Translations under genes and position numbers: made by a program
Shown: positions 44,198-52,888 of the stretch, piece after piece
Position numbering within the stretch: position 1 is the first letter of the stretch
How the letters are laid out: each line of letters starts with the position of its first letter
DNA from: PVC group bacterium
GTDB taxonomy: Bacteria > Verrucomicrobiota > Kiritimatiellia > CAIKKV01 > CAITUY01
Length of the DNA stretch: 64,000 nucleotides
Direction: 5' to 3'
Assembly (NCBI GenBank): GCA_945890715.1
Contig: CAMDCX010000002.1
Span: 11,869 to 75,868 of the forward strand
The notes under the pieces: generated by a model
Seen by the model: the letters and a program-made list of their open reading frames with translations, nothing else
Told to the model about the DNA's origin: nothing
The model's database searches: none

Positions 44198-47077
44198 ATG
44201 AAGATTCAACGGATTATCCACTTGATGATGGGGATGATTCTGAGTTTATGGATGACTGCGCCACTGCTGGCGCAACAGGCGAAGTTTTGCGCCGCGCCCG
44301 TTCCGGATCAGGCGGCTTCTGTGGAGGCCGAATGGAGTAACCCGCTTCCTCCCGGACGGTTGAACCTGGGGCTCCACTTTGGCGACCAGCAGACGGAAAC
44401 CTCCGGAGATATTCTGGCACCCATCATCCCGTTCGAGTCCGGCCTGATGTTCGTCAATCCGCGCGGAACTTGGAACGACAGCGACGGCCAGGAATTCAAC
44501 CTGGGGCTGGGGTACCGCCATCTTTTCCCGAATCGCAACATCATCATTGGCGGCAATCTGTTTTATGACCTCCGGAATACCTCCCTGGACAACACGTTTA
44601 ACCAGTTCGGATGTGGGTTGGAATTCCTGAGCACCTGGGTGGATGCCCGCGTGAATGCGTATTTACCCGAGACGGGGAAGAAGACGTCGGATCAATACGC
44701 CACCGCGGCGTCGAAAACCCAGGAGCAGGAGAGTTATTGGTACGCGCCGACCGGGCAGGGGCATTTGATCACGCAGTATGGCTATGACGTCACCTCCACC
44801 TATGATGTGAAGACATTGCAGCATTATCAGATTGCAGAGCAGGCCATGGATGGATTTGACGGTGAAATCGGTGTTTTGTTGCCGATTCCGGGTGTCAACG
44901 ATTTTGCCGATGTTAAAGTGTTTGCGGGATATTATGACTATAATGCCCACTATGGTGATGACATCACCGGCATGAAGGGACGTCTGGAGATCAAGCCGAT
45001 GCCCTCGCTCTATCTGGATGCGGCCTGGTTTGAGGACAGAGCGCTTCTGGGTTCGAAGTATTCGATAGGAGTCCGACTCTCGGTTCCCTTTGATCTGGCG
45101 AACCTGAGTCGCGGCAAGAATCCGTTTGTCGGAGCCCTGGATGGATTCAAGCCCGGTGCCGTGAAGGCGCCCTTTGCCTCCCGCATGACGGAAATGGTGG
45201 TTCGTGATCTACATATTCGAAGCGATATGTCCGATCCTGTGGAAGTGGTGTCGGATCGCCGGACCCTGGAAAAGAAAATGACGAGTCTCGACCGGAAGGA
45301 TTTCAATCTGGTGCTGGCGTCGGGGGTGACCTTTGTGGATGATGATAACCTGAGCGGTGTGGAGGATGGTTCCTGGGAGAACCCCTATCGCCAGATCAAT
45401 ACGGGTGTCCAAAGCGCGATTGGGACGATGGTCTATGTGCGGGATGCGACTCGGCAGTATTATGAAAATGTGGTGTTGCGCGATGGTCTAACGCTGTGGG
45501 GCAGCGGCGCTCGGATCTACGGGCAGGGTGACCGGTATCTTGGCGGAATCTATCCTATTGTGAACGGCATGGGAACGGGTTCCGCCATTACGCTGGCCAA
45601 TAATGTGACGGTAACTGGGTTTTACATTACCCAGCCGAATGCTTTCCGTCCTGAGTCCAATGAGCCTGCCTCGAAGGCAGCCGGAATCTACGGCAAGAAT
45701 GTAACGGGTGTCAGTGTTTGTCGTAACATTATCAGTGGAAGCCTGGAGTCTGGCGTCATGCTTCGATCCGATTTTATGCCCTCGCTCCACGCCAAAATTT
45801 CAGACAACCGGATTGAAGGTATGAGGGGGAACGGGATTGATGTGTTGTCCGACGGGACGACCGAGGTTGACTTGACGCTGGAAAACAACAGTGTCACAGG
45901 ATCGGGGGGAAGTGGCGCTTTCCTGATTACACAGGGGGGCGATACCTTTCGAGCGTTAGTGTCGGGTGTCTATTCCCAGAACTTATTGGACGGCGTCAGT
46001 GTCGAAGCCAGCAACAATAAAAAGGCCGTTGCGGTGTTTGTTGATACGAAGGTCAACGGAAACGGCAGAGATGGTATTCGAGCGAGCGTTTCGGCAACAT
46101 CGCCTCATCTGGGAGAAACGGGGGAGGCCATGCTGGGAGGCGTCAATATTATGGCCGATGACAATCAATTATCCGGATTAAATCTGAAGGTCAGAAGTGA
46201 TTCCCGAACCGCTTCTTATCTGGTTTTGGCGGGCATTGAAGCCAATCGTAATAGGGGTGGATTGGGTATTGATGCCAGGCTGAGTGGCGAGGGTGTCGCG
46301 AGGGCCGCTTTGACGGATATTCAGGCGAATAGAAATGGAAATGACGGAATTTTCATTCAAACCGATTGCACGTCCCTTTCCGGCGGAAACAGTCATATCT
46401 GGATATCCCGAAATGCTGTTCAGGAGATGAAGTTTCATGGCGGAGGGATTGATTTTCTCGGGATTGACATTATTTCCAGGCTTTCGTCCGGAGGCATTGA
46501 TGTCAATGACAATGGCGATACTGGAATTCATATCGATGCGAATACTCAGGGCAATAGTTTTGTGGATATCAAGGATGTTTCCGCATCTGGGAACACCGGT
46601 TATGGAATCCTGGTTGAATCCGGCAGTACTGACGGACAGGGCACGGTTAATCTCCATGGCAACATGACCTCCGGCAATGGCGTGAATGGCCTTCGGGTGG
46701 TTTTGAGTGCCACAACGGATGGCGCAATCGCGATGATGAACAATGTGGCGACCGGAAACAGTTCTGACGGGATCAGTATCGATACCACAGTGGGTCTCCA
46801 TTTGACTTTGACGGGTCGTTCCAATGTCGCGAAGAACAATCTGGGTGATGGCATCGATATGAGGATCGCGAGCGATAGTGGCTTGTATGACTTTGGGACG
46901 GAAATCGTTTTTGGAAATAATTCCATGACGGGTAATGCCGGTGTCGGGATTCGCTGGGATAATACGGGTGATGGTGCAGATCTCTGGGCCCAGAACAATT
47001 ATTGGGGTGGAGCGCCGGGGGTTTCCGGGAATGTCGTTATGGATCCGCACCTGACGGATGATCCGGACGTTCCTTGA
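44198..47077 (+). CDS. Inverse autotransporter (intimin/invasin-type beta-barrel) with parallel beta-helix passenger
   Basis: Signal peptide MKIQRIIHLMMGMILSLWMTAPLLAQQ. IAT beta-domain-like GLGYRHLF...GGNLFYD...GCGLEFLSTWVDARVNAYLP...DGFDGEIGVLLP...GRLEIKPMPSLYLDAAW. The C-terminal ~600 aa consist of PbH1-like rungs (NGIDV, DGISI, NGLRV...). An alternative GTG start at 44186 overlaps the hexokinase stop. Confidence 0.65.
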   Translation: MKIQRIIHLMMGMILSLWMTAPLLAQQAKFCAAPVPDQAASVEAEWSNPLPPGRLNLGLHFGDQQTETSGDILAPIIPFESGLMFVNPRGTWNDSDGQEFNLGLGYRHLFPNRNIIIGGNLFYDLRNTSLDNTFNQFGCGLEFLSTWVDARVNAYLPETGKKTSDQYATAASKTQEQESYWYAPTGQGHLITQYGYDVTSTYDVKTLQHYQIAEQAMDGFDGEIGVLLPIPGVNDFADVKVFAGYYDYNAHYGDDITGMKGRLEIKPMPSLYLDAAWFEDRALLGSKYSIGVRLSVPFDLANLSRGKNPFVGALDGFKPGAVKAPFASRMTEMVVRDLHIRSDMSDPVEVVSDRRTLEKKMTSLDRKDFNLVLASGVTFVDDDNLSGVEDGSWENPYRQINTGVQSAIGTMVYVRDATRQYYENVVLRDGLTLWGSGARIYGQGDRYLGGIYPIVNGMGTGSAITLANNVTVTGFYITQPNAFRPESNEPASKAAGIYGKNVTGVSVCRNIISGSLESGVMLRSDFMPSLHAKISDNRIEGMRGNGIDVLSDGTTEVDLTLENNSVTGSGGSGAFLITQGGDTFRALVSGVYSQNLLDGVSVEASNNKKAVAVFVDTKVNGNGRDGIRASVSATSPHLGETGEAMLGGVNIMADDNQLSGLNLKVRSDSRTASYLVLAGIEANRNRGGLGIDARLSGEGVARAALTDIQANRNGNDGIFIQTDCTSLSGGNSHIWISRNAVQEMKFHGGGIDFLGIDIISRLSSGGIDVNDNGDTGIHIDANTQGNSFVDIKDVSASGNTGYGILVESGSTDGQGTVNLHGNMTSGNGVNGLRVVLSATTDGAIAMMNNVATGNSSDGISIDTTVGLHLTLTGRSNVAKNNLGDGIDMRIASDSGLYDFGTEIVFGNNSMTGNAGVGIRWDNTGDGADLWAQNNYWGGAPGVSGNVVMDPHLTDDPDVP

Positions 47078-47123
47078 CGAGTTGGCCGGTTTAAAGGTGA
47101 CAATAAAAGCGATCCGTCGCACG

Positions 47124-48350
47124 ATGACTCTCTTTCCAATGAACACGGGACTCTTGAATCGCGGACTGACCATCTTGCATGTGGATATGGACGCTTTTTT
47201 TGCGGCCGTTGAGGTGCTGGATCATCCGGAATGGAAGGGGAAACCCCTGGTGGTCGGATCTCCGCCCGATCAGCGCGGTGTGGTTGCGACCTGTTCCTAC
47301 GAGGCTCGCAAATTTGGTATTCATTCGGCCATGCCTTCCCGAACTGCCGGAAAACTCTGTCCGCATGCGGTGTTTGTGGAGCCGCGGATGGGTCGCTATT
47401 CTGAAATTTCGGGCCAGATCATGGCGATCTTCGAGGAATTCACGCCGCTGGTAGAACCCTTGTCGTTGGATGAGGCGTTTTTGGATGTCAGCGGGGCCCT
47501 TCATATCTGGGGTGATGCCGTAACGATTGCCCGGGAACTCAAGGCACGTATCCGCTCCCGAATCGGCCTTACCGCTTCGGTCGGAGTGGCGTCCAACAAG
47601 TTTCTGGCCAAGATTGCGAGCGATATGAACAAGCCCGACGGTTTGACGGTGGTTCCCCTGACAGAGCCTGAGATCATGGCATTTCTCGCGCCGATGCCCG
47701 TTACCAAAATGTGGGGTGTGGGTAAGGTGTCGGCCGCCCGGCTGGAAAAGGAGGGGATCCGCACCATTGGCCAACTTCAGACTCTTCCGCCTTCCGTGAT
47801 GGAGTCGTTGTTTGGTCGCGCCGGCGCGAGGGACATGGAGGAGCTCGTTCGGGGCCGGGATGATCGGCCGGTCATCACGCACTGGGAGGAAAAGAGCATT
47901 TCCAATGAGCATACCTTTGACCGCGATGAGCCGGATGCCGCCCGGGTACGGCAGCGGTTACTGGAACTGGTTGAGGAGGTTGGGGGCCGGTTGCGGGGTG
48001 CTGGAAAATTGGCGCGTACCGCCCAGATCAAGATCAGGTTCGCTGATTTTTCAACGATTACCCGCCAGATGTCGTTTCCGGCGGCCCTGGATACGGATCG
48101 CGATTTGATTCACTGCGCCTTTACCCTTTTCGACCGGGAACGGATTGGACGTCCGATTCGCCTGATTGGCTTCGGTGTTCATAATCTGGCCACCCCGGAA
48201 CAGGCCGCTCCGGTTCAGCCGGATCTTTTCGCCGATACCATCGCCGCGCCTGTGGATCGGCGTAACAAAAATCTGGATCAGGCCGTGGATTCACTCCGAA
48301 AGACTTTTGGCTCTCGCGCCATTAAACGCGGAGTGTCGTCCACTTCTTGA
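47124..48350 (+). CDS. dinB: DNA polymerase IV (Y-family)
   Basis: ILHVDMDAFFAAVEVLDHPEWKGKPLVVG...SLDEAFLDVSG...ASVGVASNKFLAKIASD. The start is ambiguous (47058/47124/47139). Confidence 0.88.
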   Translation: MTLFPMNTGLLNRGLTILHVDMDAFFAAVEVLDHPEWKGKPLVVGSPPDQRGVVATCSYEARKFGIHSAMPSRTAGKLCPHAVFVEPRMGRYSEISGQIMAIFEEFTPLVEPLSLDEAFLDVSGALHIWGDAVTIARELKARIRSRIGLTASVGVASNKFLAKIASDMNKPDGLTVVPLTEPEIMAFLAPMPVTKMWGVGKVSAARLEKEGIRTIGQLQTLPPSVMESLFGRAGARDMEELVRGRDDRPVITHWEEKSISNEHTFDRDEPDAARVRQRLLELVEEVGGRLRGAGKLARTAQIKIRFADFSTITRQMSFPAALDTDRDLIHCAFTLFDRERIGRPIRLIGFGVHNLATPEQAAPVQPDLFADTIAAPVDRRNKNLDQAVDSLRKTFGSRAIKRGVSSTS

Positions 48351-49422
48351 CCTGCTCCATGAGCCGGTCCAGGATTTCGGCTTCCGGCACGGTGGCCAGA
48401 AACGCGCCCCGGACATACAGGGCGGCTTTGCCCTGGCCCCCGGCAATGGCAATATCCGCTTCACGGGCTTCTCCGGGTCCGTTGACCATGCAGCCCATGA
48501 CAGCGATCGCCGGGTGCGGGGCGGTCGGATTGGCGCGATAATACTGGTCCAACTCGGCTTCCACCCGTTGCGCCAGGGAGACCACATCAATCTGGATCCG
48601 CCCACAGGTGGGGCAGGAGATCACGCTGGCGCCCGGCGGACGCAGACCCAGGCAGCGCAGGAGTTCGAGACCCACCCGGATTTCCTGCACAGGGTGGTCA
48701 GTCAGCGAAACCCGGAGCGTGTCGCCGATGCCCTCGGCGATGAGCATCCCCAGGGCCACACTGGAACGGATGGTTCCATTCAGGAGCGTGCCCGCTTCGG
48801 TTACTCCGAGGTGAAGGGGATGATCCGTGGTTTGGGAAAGGAGTCGGTACGCCTGAAGCGTGCGCGGGACATCCGAGGCTTTGACGGAAATTTTGATCCA
48901 GGGGTGGCCTGCATCCTCCAGGATCCGGACATGGCGCATGGCGCTTTCGACGAGCGCCTCAGCCGTGGCACCGTCATGCTTTTCGAGAAGCTCCTTTTCC
49001 AGGGAGCCTGCATTGACGCCAATCCGGATGGGAACCTGGCGGGGGGCGGCCGCTTTAACCACCTCCCTGACACGATCCAGGCCGCCGATGTTGCCCGGAT
49101 TGATCCGCAGGCCGTCAATGCCTGCCTCCAGAGCAATCAGGGCCAGCTTATGGTTGAAATGAATGTCGGCGACCAGAGGGATTTTTACTTCTCGCCGGAT
49201 AGCCGCAAGCGCCAGGGCGGCGTCCTCGTCAATGACGGCGAGGCGGACGATATCGCAGCCGGCGGATTCGATTTCGCGGATCTGGGCGACCGTAGCCGCG
49301 ACATTCCGGGTGTCGGTCTTGGTCATAGTCTGCACGCTGATCGGCGCCATTCCACCGATCACAACCGTCCCCACCTGAATCTGGCGGGTCTGGCGCCGGG
49401 TGATGGGGAGCGTGGCGTGCAT
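48322..49422 (-). CDS. ispG: 4-hydroxy-3-methylbut-2-enyl diphosphate synthase
   Basis: RRQTRQIQVGTVVIGGMAPISVQTMTKTDT...DIVRLAV...CPTCGR. The ATG at 49422 lies directly after the rseP stop. The 3' end overlaps dinB convergently by 29 nt. Confidence 0.9.
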   Translation of the reverse strand: MHATLPITRRQTRQIQVGTVVIGGMAPISVQTMTKTDTRNVAATVAQIREIESAGCDIVRLAVIDEDAALALAAIRREVKIPLVADIHFNHKLALIALEAGIDGLRINPGNIGGLDRVREVVKAAAPRQVPIRIGVNAGSLEKELLEKHDGATAEALVESAMRHVRILEDAGHPWIKISVKASDVPRTLQAYRLLSQTTDHPLHLGVTEAGTLLNGTIRSSVALGMLIAEGIGDTLRVSLTDHPVQEIRVGLELLRCLGLRPPGASVISCPTCGRIQIDVVSLAQRVEAELDQYYRANPTAPHPAIAVMGCMVNGPGEAREADIAIAGGQGKAALYVRGAFLATVPEAEILDRLMEQVKKWTTLRV

Positions 49423-49423
49423 A

Positions 49424-50836
49424 TTATTTCGACGGGCTGGCAGGGCTTGTGGCAGGCGCAACGGCCGGTTGAACCTGTTCGGTGGCCTGGTTTTTGGGGC
49501 CCATTAACTTATTCACCAGACCCCCCAGCGGGGTAAACCGGAGGGCATCCCGATACGTTAAGATCACAAAAAGTCCAATCAGAAGGGTGGCGAATATATT
49601 GGTTGATATCGTAACCACCTTGGGGTGAACCGGCCGTCGGAAAATCATCTCGATGAGCGAGAAGACGATGTGGCCGCCATCGAGAACCGGGATGGGCATA
49701 ATGTTGAGGATTGCCAGATTGACATTCAGGAAGCAGGTGAAAAAGATTGCCACCATGAAGCTGGCCTTGACGATGAAGTAATAGCTGATGAGGATGGCCA
49801 GCGGGCCGCCCACCTGCTTGGAGGTCGCCTTGGCCTGGCTGGGCGTGGTCAACGCCTGAAGTGTCCGGAAGATCGCCAGGGAATGGGATTTGATCTGGGC
49901 CATCGGGGCGGGATGCACAATCCGGTCGAAATCAACTTCGTTTGGATTGAATTGAACTCCGATTCGAACCAGTTTAGTGCCCTCATCATAGTCGGGGGTC
50001 ACCATGCCGGTCATCAGGGTGTCATTCCGTTTGAAGGTAATGGGGACGGGCTTGCCCTTACGTTCCGTAACCAGTGCAATGAGTTGGGCGCGACTGATGA
50101 TCGTCTGGCCATCGAGACCTGTGATGATATCGCCCCGTTTCAAGCCGGCTCGGTCGGCGCTCATGCCTGCATCGACCGAGAGAATCATACACAGGCTTTT
50201 GCCGTCCATCTTGAAAAGCGATTCCTCGCCCGGCATGGTGAGCGTCGTCGTGCTTCCATCCCGCTTCAGGGTTACGGTGACGGTTTTGTAACGGGAACAG
50301 GCCATGAGGAAGTCGGTCCAATTTTCAATTCTCTCGCCATTGACGGTCTGGATTTCGTCGCCCATGCGAAGCCCGGAGGCGTAGGCGCCGCTGTTGGTGG
50401 ACACATAGCCAACTAGGGCGCTTTCCTCGGCGGGCGTGGCGGGTTTACCCACGATATAGACAACCCAAGCCAGAATGAGGGCGAAGATCATATTGCCTAC
50501 CGCGCCTGCGGCCGAGACAACAATCCGTTTCCAGGGCGGCATGGCCTGGAGTGTTACAGGTGGAGTCGCCTTGCCGTCCTCTGTTTCATTTGACCCCTGG
50601 ATCAGGGCCATGCCCGTGGGGTCAAGTTGGGGAAGCGCCACATAGCCGCCAAACGGAATGCAGCCTATTTTGTAAACGGTGCCATTGACTTTCCGTTTCC
50701 ACAGCGCGGGGCCGAATCCGATAGAAAAGGTCTCTACAATAAATCCGCACCACCGTGCTGCCAGATAGTGGCCGAGTTCATGCACAAAAATAGTCATTCC
50801 AAAAAGCATCGCGACAATGGCAATCGTAATAATCAT
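49424..50836 (-). CDS. rseP: RIP site-2 metalloprotease RseP (M50, PDZ domains)
   Basis: HELGHYLAARWCG zinc motif, PDZ-like segments (GLRMGDEIQTVNG, GLKRGDIITGLDG), and a C-terminal membrane domain with NLAILNIMPIPVLDGG. Confidence 0.88.
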   Translation of the reverse strand: MIITIAIVAMLFGMTIFVHELGHYLAARWCGFIVETFSIGFGPALWKRKVNGTVYKIGCIPFGGYVALPQLDPTGMALIQGSNETEDGKATPPVTLQAMPPWKRIVVSAAGAVGNMIFALILAWVVYIVGKPATPAEESALVGYVSTNSGAYASGLRMGDEIQTVNGERIENWTDFLMACSRYKTVTVTLKRDGSTTTLTMPGEESLFKMDGKSLCMILSVDAGMSADRAGLKRGDIITGLDGQTIISRAQLIALVTERKGKPVPITFKRNDTLMTGMVTPDYDEGTKLVRIGVQFNPNEVDFDRIVHPAPMAQIKSHSLAIFRTLQALTTPSQAKATSKQVGGPLAILISYYFIVKASFMVAIFFTCFLNVNLAILNIMPIPVLDGGHIVFSLIEMIFRRPVHPKVVTISTNIFATLLIGLFVILTYRDALRFTPLGGLVNKLMGPKNQATEQVQPAVAPATSPASPSK

Positions 50837-50963
50837 AGGCTCCTGTCCGGCAATCGTTTAATTAATCACAGTAGACTACAGCAAGGGCCCTACTGACATC
50901 AAGATTAGTCGATCTGACATCATGCCGCTTGGAGGGAAGAGGTGAGAGTGGTATAAGTCTGGC

Positions 50964-51533
50964 ATGCCAGATCGCCAAGAGTTGGATCGGGAATGCGTCG
51001 GTCGGGCAAAGGCGGGAGACGATGACGCGTTCACTGAGCTAATGGGGCACTATAAGGGGCCGATCCTGAATTTTGTCTACCGGTTGACAGGGGATGCCGC
51101 CGGGGCGGAGGATATCGCCCAGGACACCTTTGTTCGGGCCTACCGGAACCTTGACCGGTTTGCTTTCAGGAAGCCCAGCGATCGTTTTTCAACCTGGCTG
51201 TTCCAGTTGGCTCGCAATGCCGCCATCGATGCGATGCGCCGTCGTCAGCGCCGACCGGCACAATCGCTTGAGATGACTCCGGAGGGAGAACTCTCTGGGG
51301 GTCAGTCAAATCCCTCAGATCAGGCGGATCTCAGGGAGCGCGAAGCCCTCATCATGACCGCTGTGATGGATCTTCCCGAAGACCAGCGTACGGCACTAGT
51401 GTTGTCGGTGTTTGAAGACCTGTCCTGTGGCGAGATCGCCTCTGTCATGCAGGCGACCACGAAATCAGTTGAATCCCGTCTCTATCGTTCCCGGCAGTAC
51501 CTCAGGGTGCGGCTGGGGAAGTTATTAGGGTAG
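50964..51533 (+). CDS. ECF-type RNA polymerase sigma factor
   Basis: Region 2 (AEDIAQDTFVRAYRNL, STWLFQLARNAAIDAMRRR) and region 4 (LPEDQRTALVLSVFEDLSCGEIASVM). Confidence 0.85.
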   Translation: MPDRQELDRECVGRAKAGDDDAFTELMGHYKGPILNFVYRLTGDAAGAEDIAQDTFVRAYRNLDRFAFRKPSDRFSTWLFQLARNAAIDAMRRRQRRPAQSLEMTPEGELSGGQSNPSDQADLREREALIMTAVMDLPEDQRTALVLSVFEDLSCGEIASVMQATTKSVESRLYRSRQYLRVRLGKLLG

Positions 51534-52016
51534 AGAGATGCGTTTATGAGATCGGGGTCTGATACGGTAGATTGTTCCTGGCTCTTTAACTTGAGTTTCG
51601 TTCTTTGTCGCTATCGGATTTCGAATCGTGACAGAGAGAATGGATTGGCCTGGATTAAGATCTTCTGTCCAAAGTTCAGAACAGCGGGCTTTTCGCGCCG
51701 CCACGACAATGAGTGCATCCCAAAATGAAATCTGACTCAGGATGCTGGTGTCAATAGCTTCCCGAACCATGGACACATCAACCGCCACGACTTCCATGGG
51801 GGGAAGCGCATCGATGAGTTGTTTTGCCACCAAGGGAGCCACATGAAGTTTTCGGGTAACAGCGACATAGAATTCCTGCAAGACCTGGGTTGAAATAACC
51901 CCTTGGCCGCTGTGATGAACCATTTCCAGTAATTCCCGGGCGCGTTTATTGCGAACCTGATCATGCTCGTCCACGGTATACACCAGGATATTGGTATCCA
52001 GGAAGATTTTAGCCAC
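51525..52016 (-). CDS. vapC: PIN-domain toxin (VapC-like)
   Basis: IFLDTNILVY...FWDALIVVAA...LWTEDL acidic PIN residues. The likely GTG start at 52016 overlaps the antitoxin stop by 8 nt. The upstream in-frame extension to 52100 would lie inside the antitoxin gene. Confidence 0.7.
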   Translation of the reverse strand: MAKIFLDTNILVYTVDEHDQVRNKRARELLEMVHHSGQGVISTQVLQEFYVAVTRKLHVAPLVAKQLIDALPPMEVVAVDVSMVREAIDTSILSQISFWDALIVVAARKARCSELWTEDLNPGQSILSVTIRNPIATKNETQVKEPGTIYRIRPRSHKRISLP

Positions 52017-52236
52017 GATGCAATTCCTCCCGTGCCCAACGCTTCCCGCCGGAATTGCCATGCGCTTTGTTGGCCACGGAAAAGAACTGGTCGCAGGCAC
52101 CTTTTCCCGATTCGCGCATAACCGTTTGCTGGAGGAGGCTTCGGATAAGGCCGTTTAGTGAAATATGGTGTTCACGAGCATATAACCGACCCGCTTCATA
52201 AATCGGATTGTCCAAGGCGATTGTCACGTTTTTCAT
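52009..52236 (-). CDS. Antitoxin (ribbon-helix-helix-like) of the PIN toxin
   Basis: MKNVTIALDNPIYEAGRLYAREHHISLNGLIRSLLQQ. GGAG lies 8 nt upstream of the ATG at 52236. The gene is upstream of and overlaps the PIN gene. Confidence 0.6.
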   Translation of the reverse strand: MKNVTIALDNPIYEAGRLYAREHHISLNGLIRSLLQQTVMRESGKGACDQFFSVANKAHGNSGGKRWAREELHRG

Positions 52237-52254
52237 TAAGATCACTCCACATAA

Positions 52255-52268
52255 ACTGTGTACACAGT
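52255..52268 (-). promoter_or_regulatory. Perfect 14-bp palindrome ACTGTGTACACAGT overlapping a candidate -10 (TATACT) of the vapBC promoter; likely autoregulatory operator
   Basis: The palindrome was verified base by base. The minus strand reads TTGCAC-N18-TATACTGTGTACACAGT, about 20 nt upstream of the antitoxin SD. Confidence 0.5.
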
Positions 52269-52367
52269 ATAAGTGTTCCCGCTCGGCAAGTGCAATCGCA
52301 TATTTCCAGCAATTTCCCCGAGGGTTTTTTTGGTTCCGGACGTTTTACTGATCAAAGGAGAATAACC

Positions 52368-52643
52368 ATGAAGAAAATATTAGGGATGTTGGGTGTTGTG
52401 GCAATGTTGATCGGGAGTGGTGTGGCGGGCGCGGCAGAGGGGCAGGCTATCAAGAAGCAGACCATGTGCCCTGTCATGGGTGGGGCGGTGAAAACCAACC
52501 TGTACGTGGATGCCGAGGGTAAGCGGATCTATGTCTGTTGTGCTGGCTGTCTTCCCGCTATCAAAAAGGATCCTGCCAAGTATATCGCCAAGTTGGAGAA
52601 AGATGGGGTCACGCTGGACAAGGCTGAGCCCAAGGGAAAATAA
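52368..52643 (+). CDS. Small secreted TRASH/YHS-like metal-binding protein
   Basis: Signal peptide MKKILGMLGVVAMLIGSGVAGAA. Cys pattern C-X22-C-X3-C (CPVMGG...YVCCAGC) matches the TRASH motif. SD AAAGGAG. The gene lies directly upstream of the metal efflux genes. Confidence 0.65.
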   Translation: MKKILGMLGVVAMLIGSGVAGAAEGQAIKKQTMCPVMGGAVKTNLYVDAEGKRIYVCCAGCLPAIKKDPAKYIAKLEKDGVTLDKAEPKGK

Positions 52644-52645
52644 TC

Positions 52646-52888
52646 ATGACTCCGGATGAAAAGCTGAAGGTCCTGCTGAAACAGGGAAGGGGAATTGAGC
52701 CTCGTCCGGGTTTTGAGGAGGCGGTGTGGACTCGGATCCACGCCGCCTCTGAATTGGCAACTCTGGAGCATATCCGCAGGGTGAGTGTCTTGTTGACTTC
52801 GGATCAGCGGAAAAAGTTTCTTTCGGATTTGACCCGGTGCCTGTGCGGTGGCGAGGGCTTGTGTGCGGGGGGATGCAGCCATGAATAG
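52646..52888 (+). CDS. Small 80-aa protein with an anti-sigma-like N-terminus, an LTxxQ-like motif and a Cys-rich tail
   Basis: PRPGFEEAVWTRIHAA, LTSDQRKKF, and C-terminal CLCGGEGLCAGGCSH. Tightly packed between the TRASH gene and the OMF gene. Confidence 0.45.
   Translation: MTPDEKLKVLLKQGRGIEPRPGFEEAVWTRIHAASELATLEHIRRVSVLLTSDQRKKFLSDLTRCLCGGEGLCAGGCSHE

Noticed and set aside
46178-47173. 331-aa minus-strand ORF within the inverse-autotransporter passenger
   Set aside because: It is a shadow of the repetitive beta-helix coding region, with no start context or motifs.
48166-49536. 456-aa plus-strand ORF overlapping ispG
   Set aside because: It is antisense to ispG (clear GcpE motifs, and a start abutting the rseP stop). 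The translation is G/R/D-rich with no recognisable domain.
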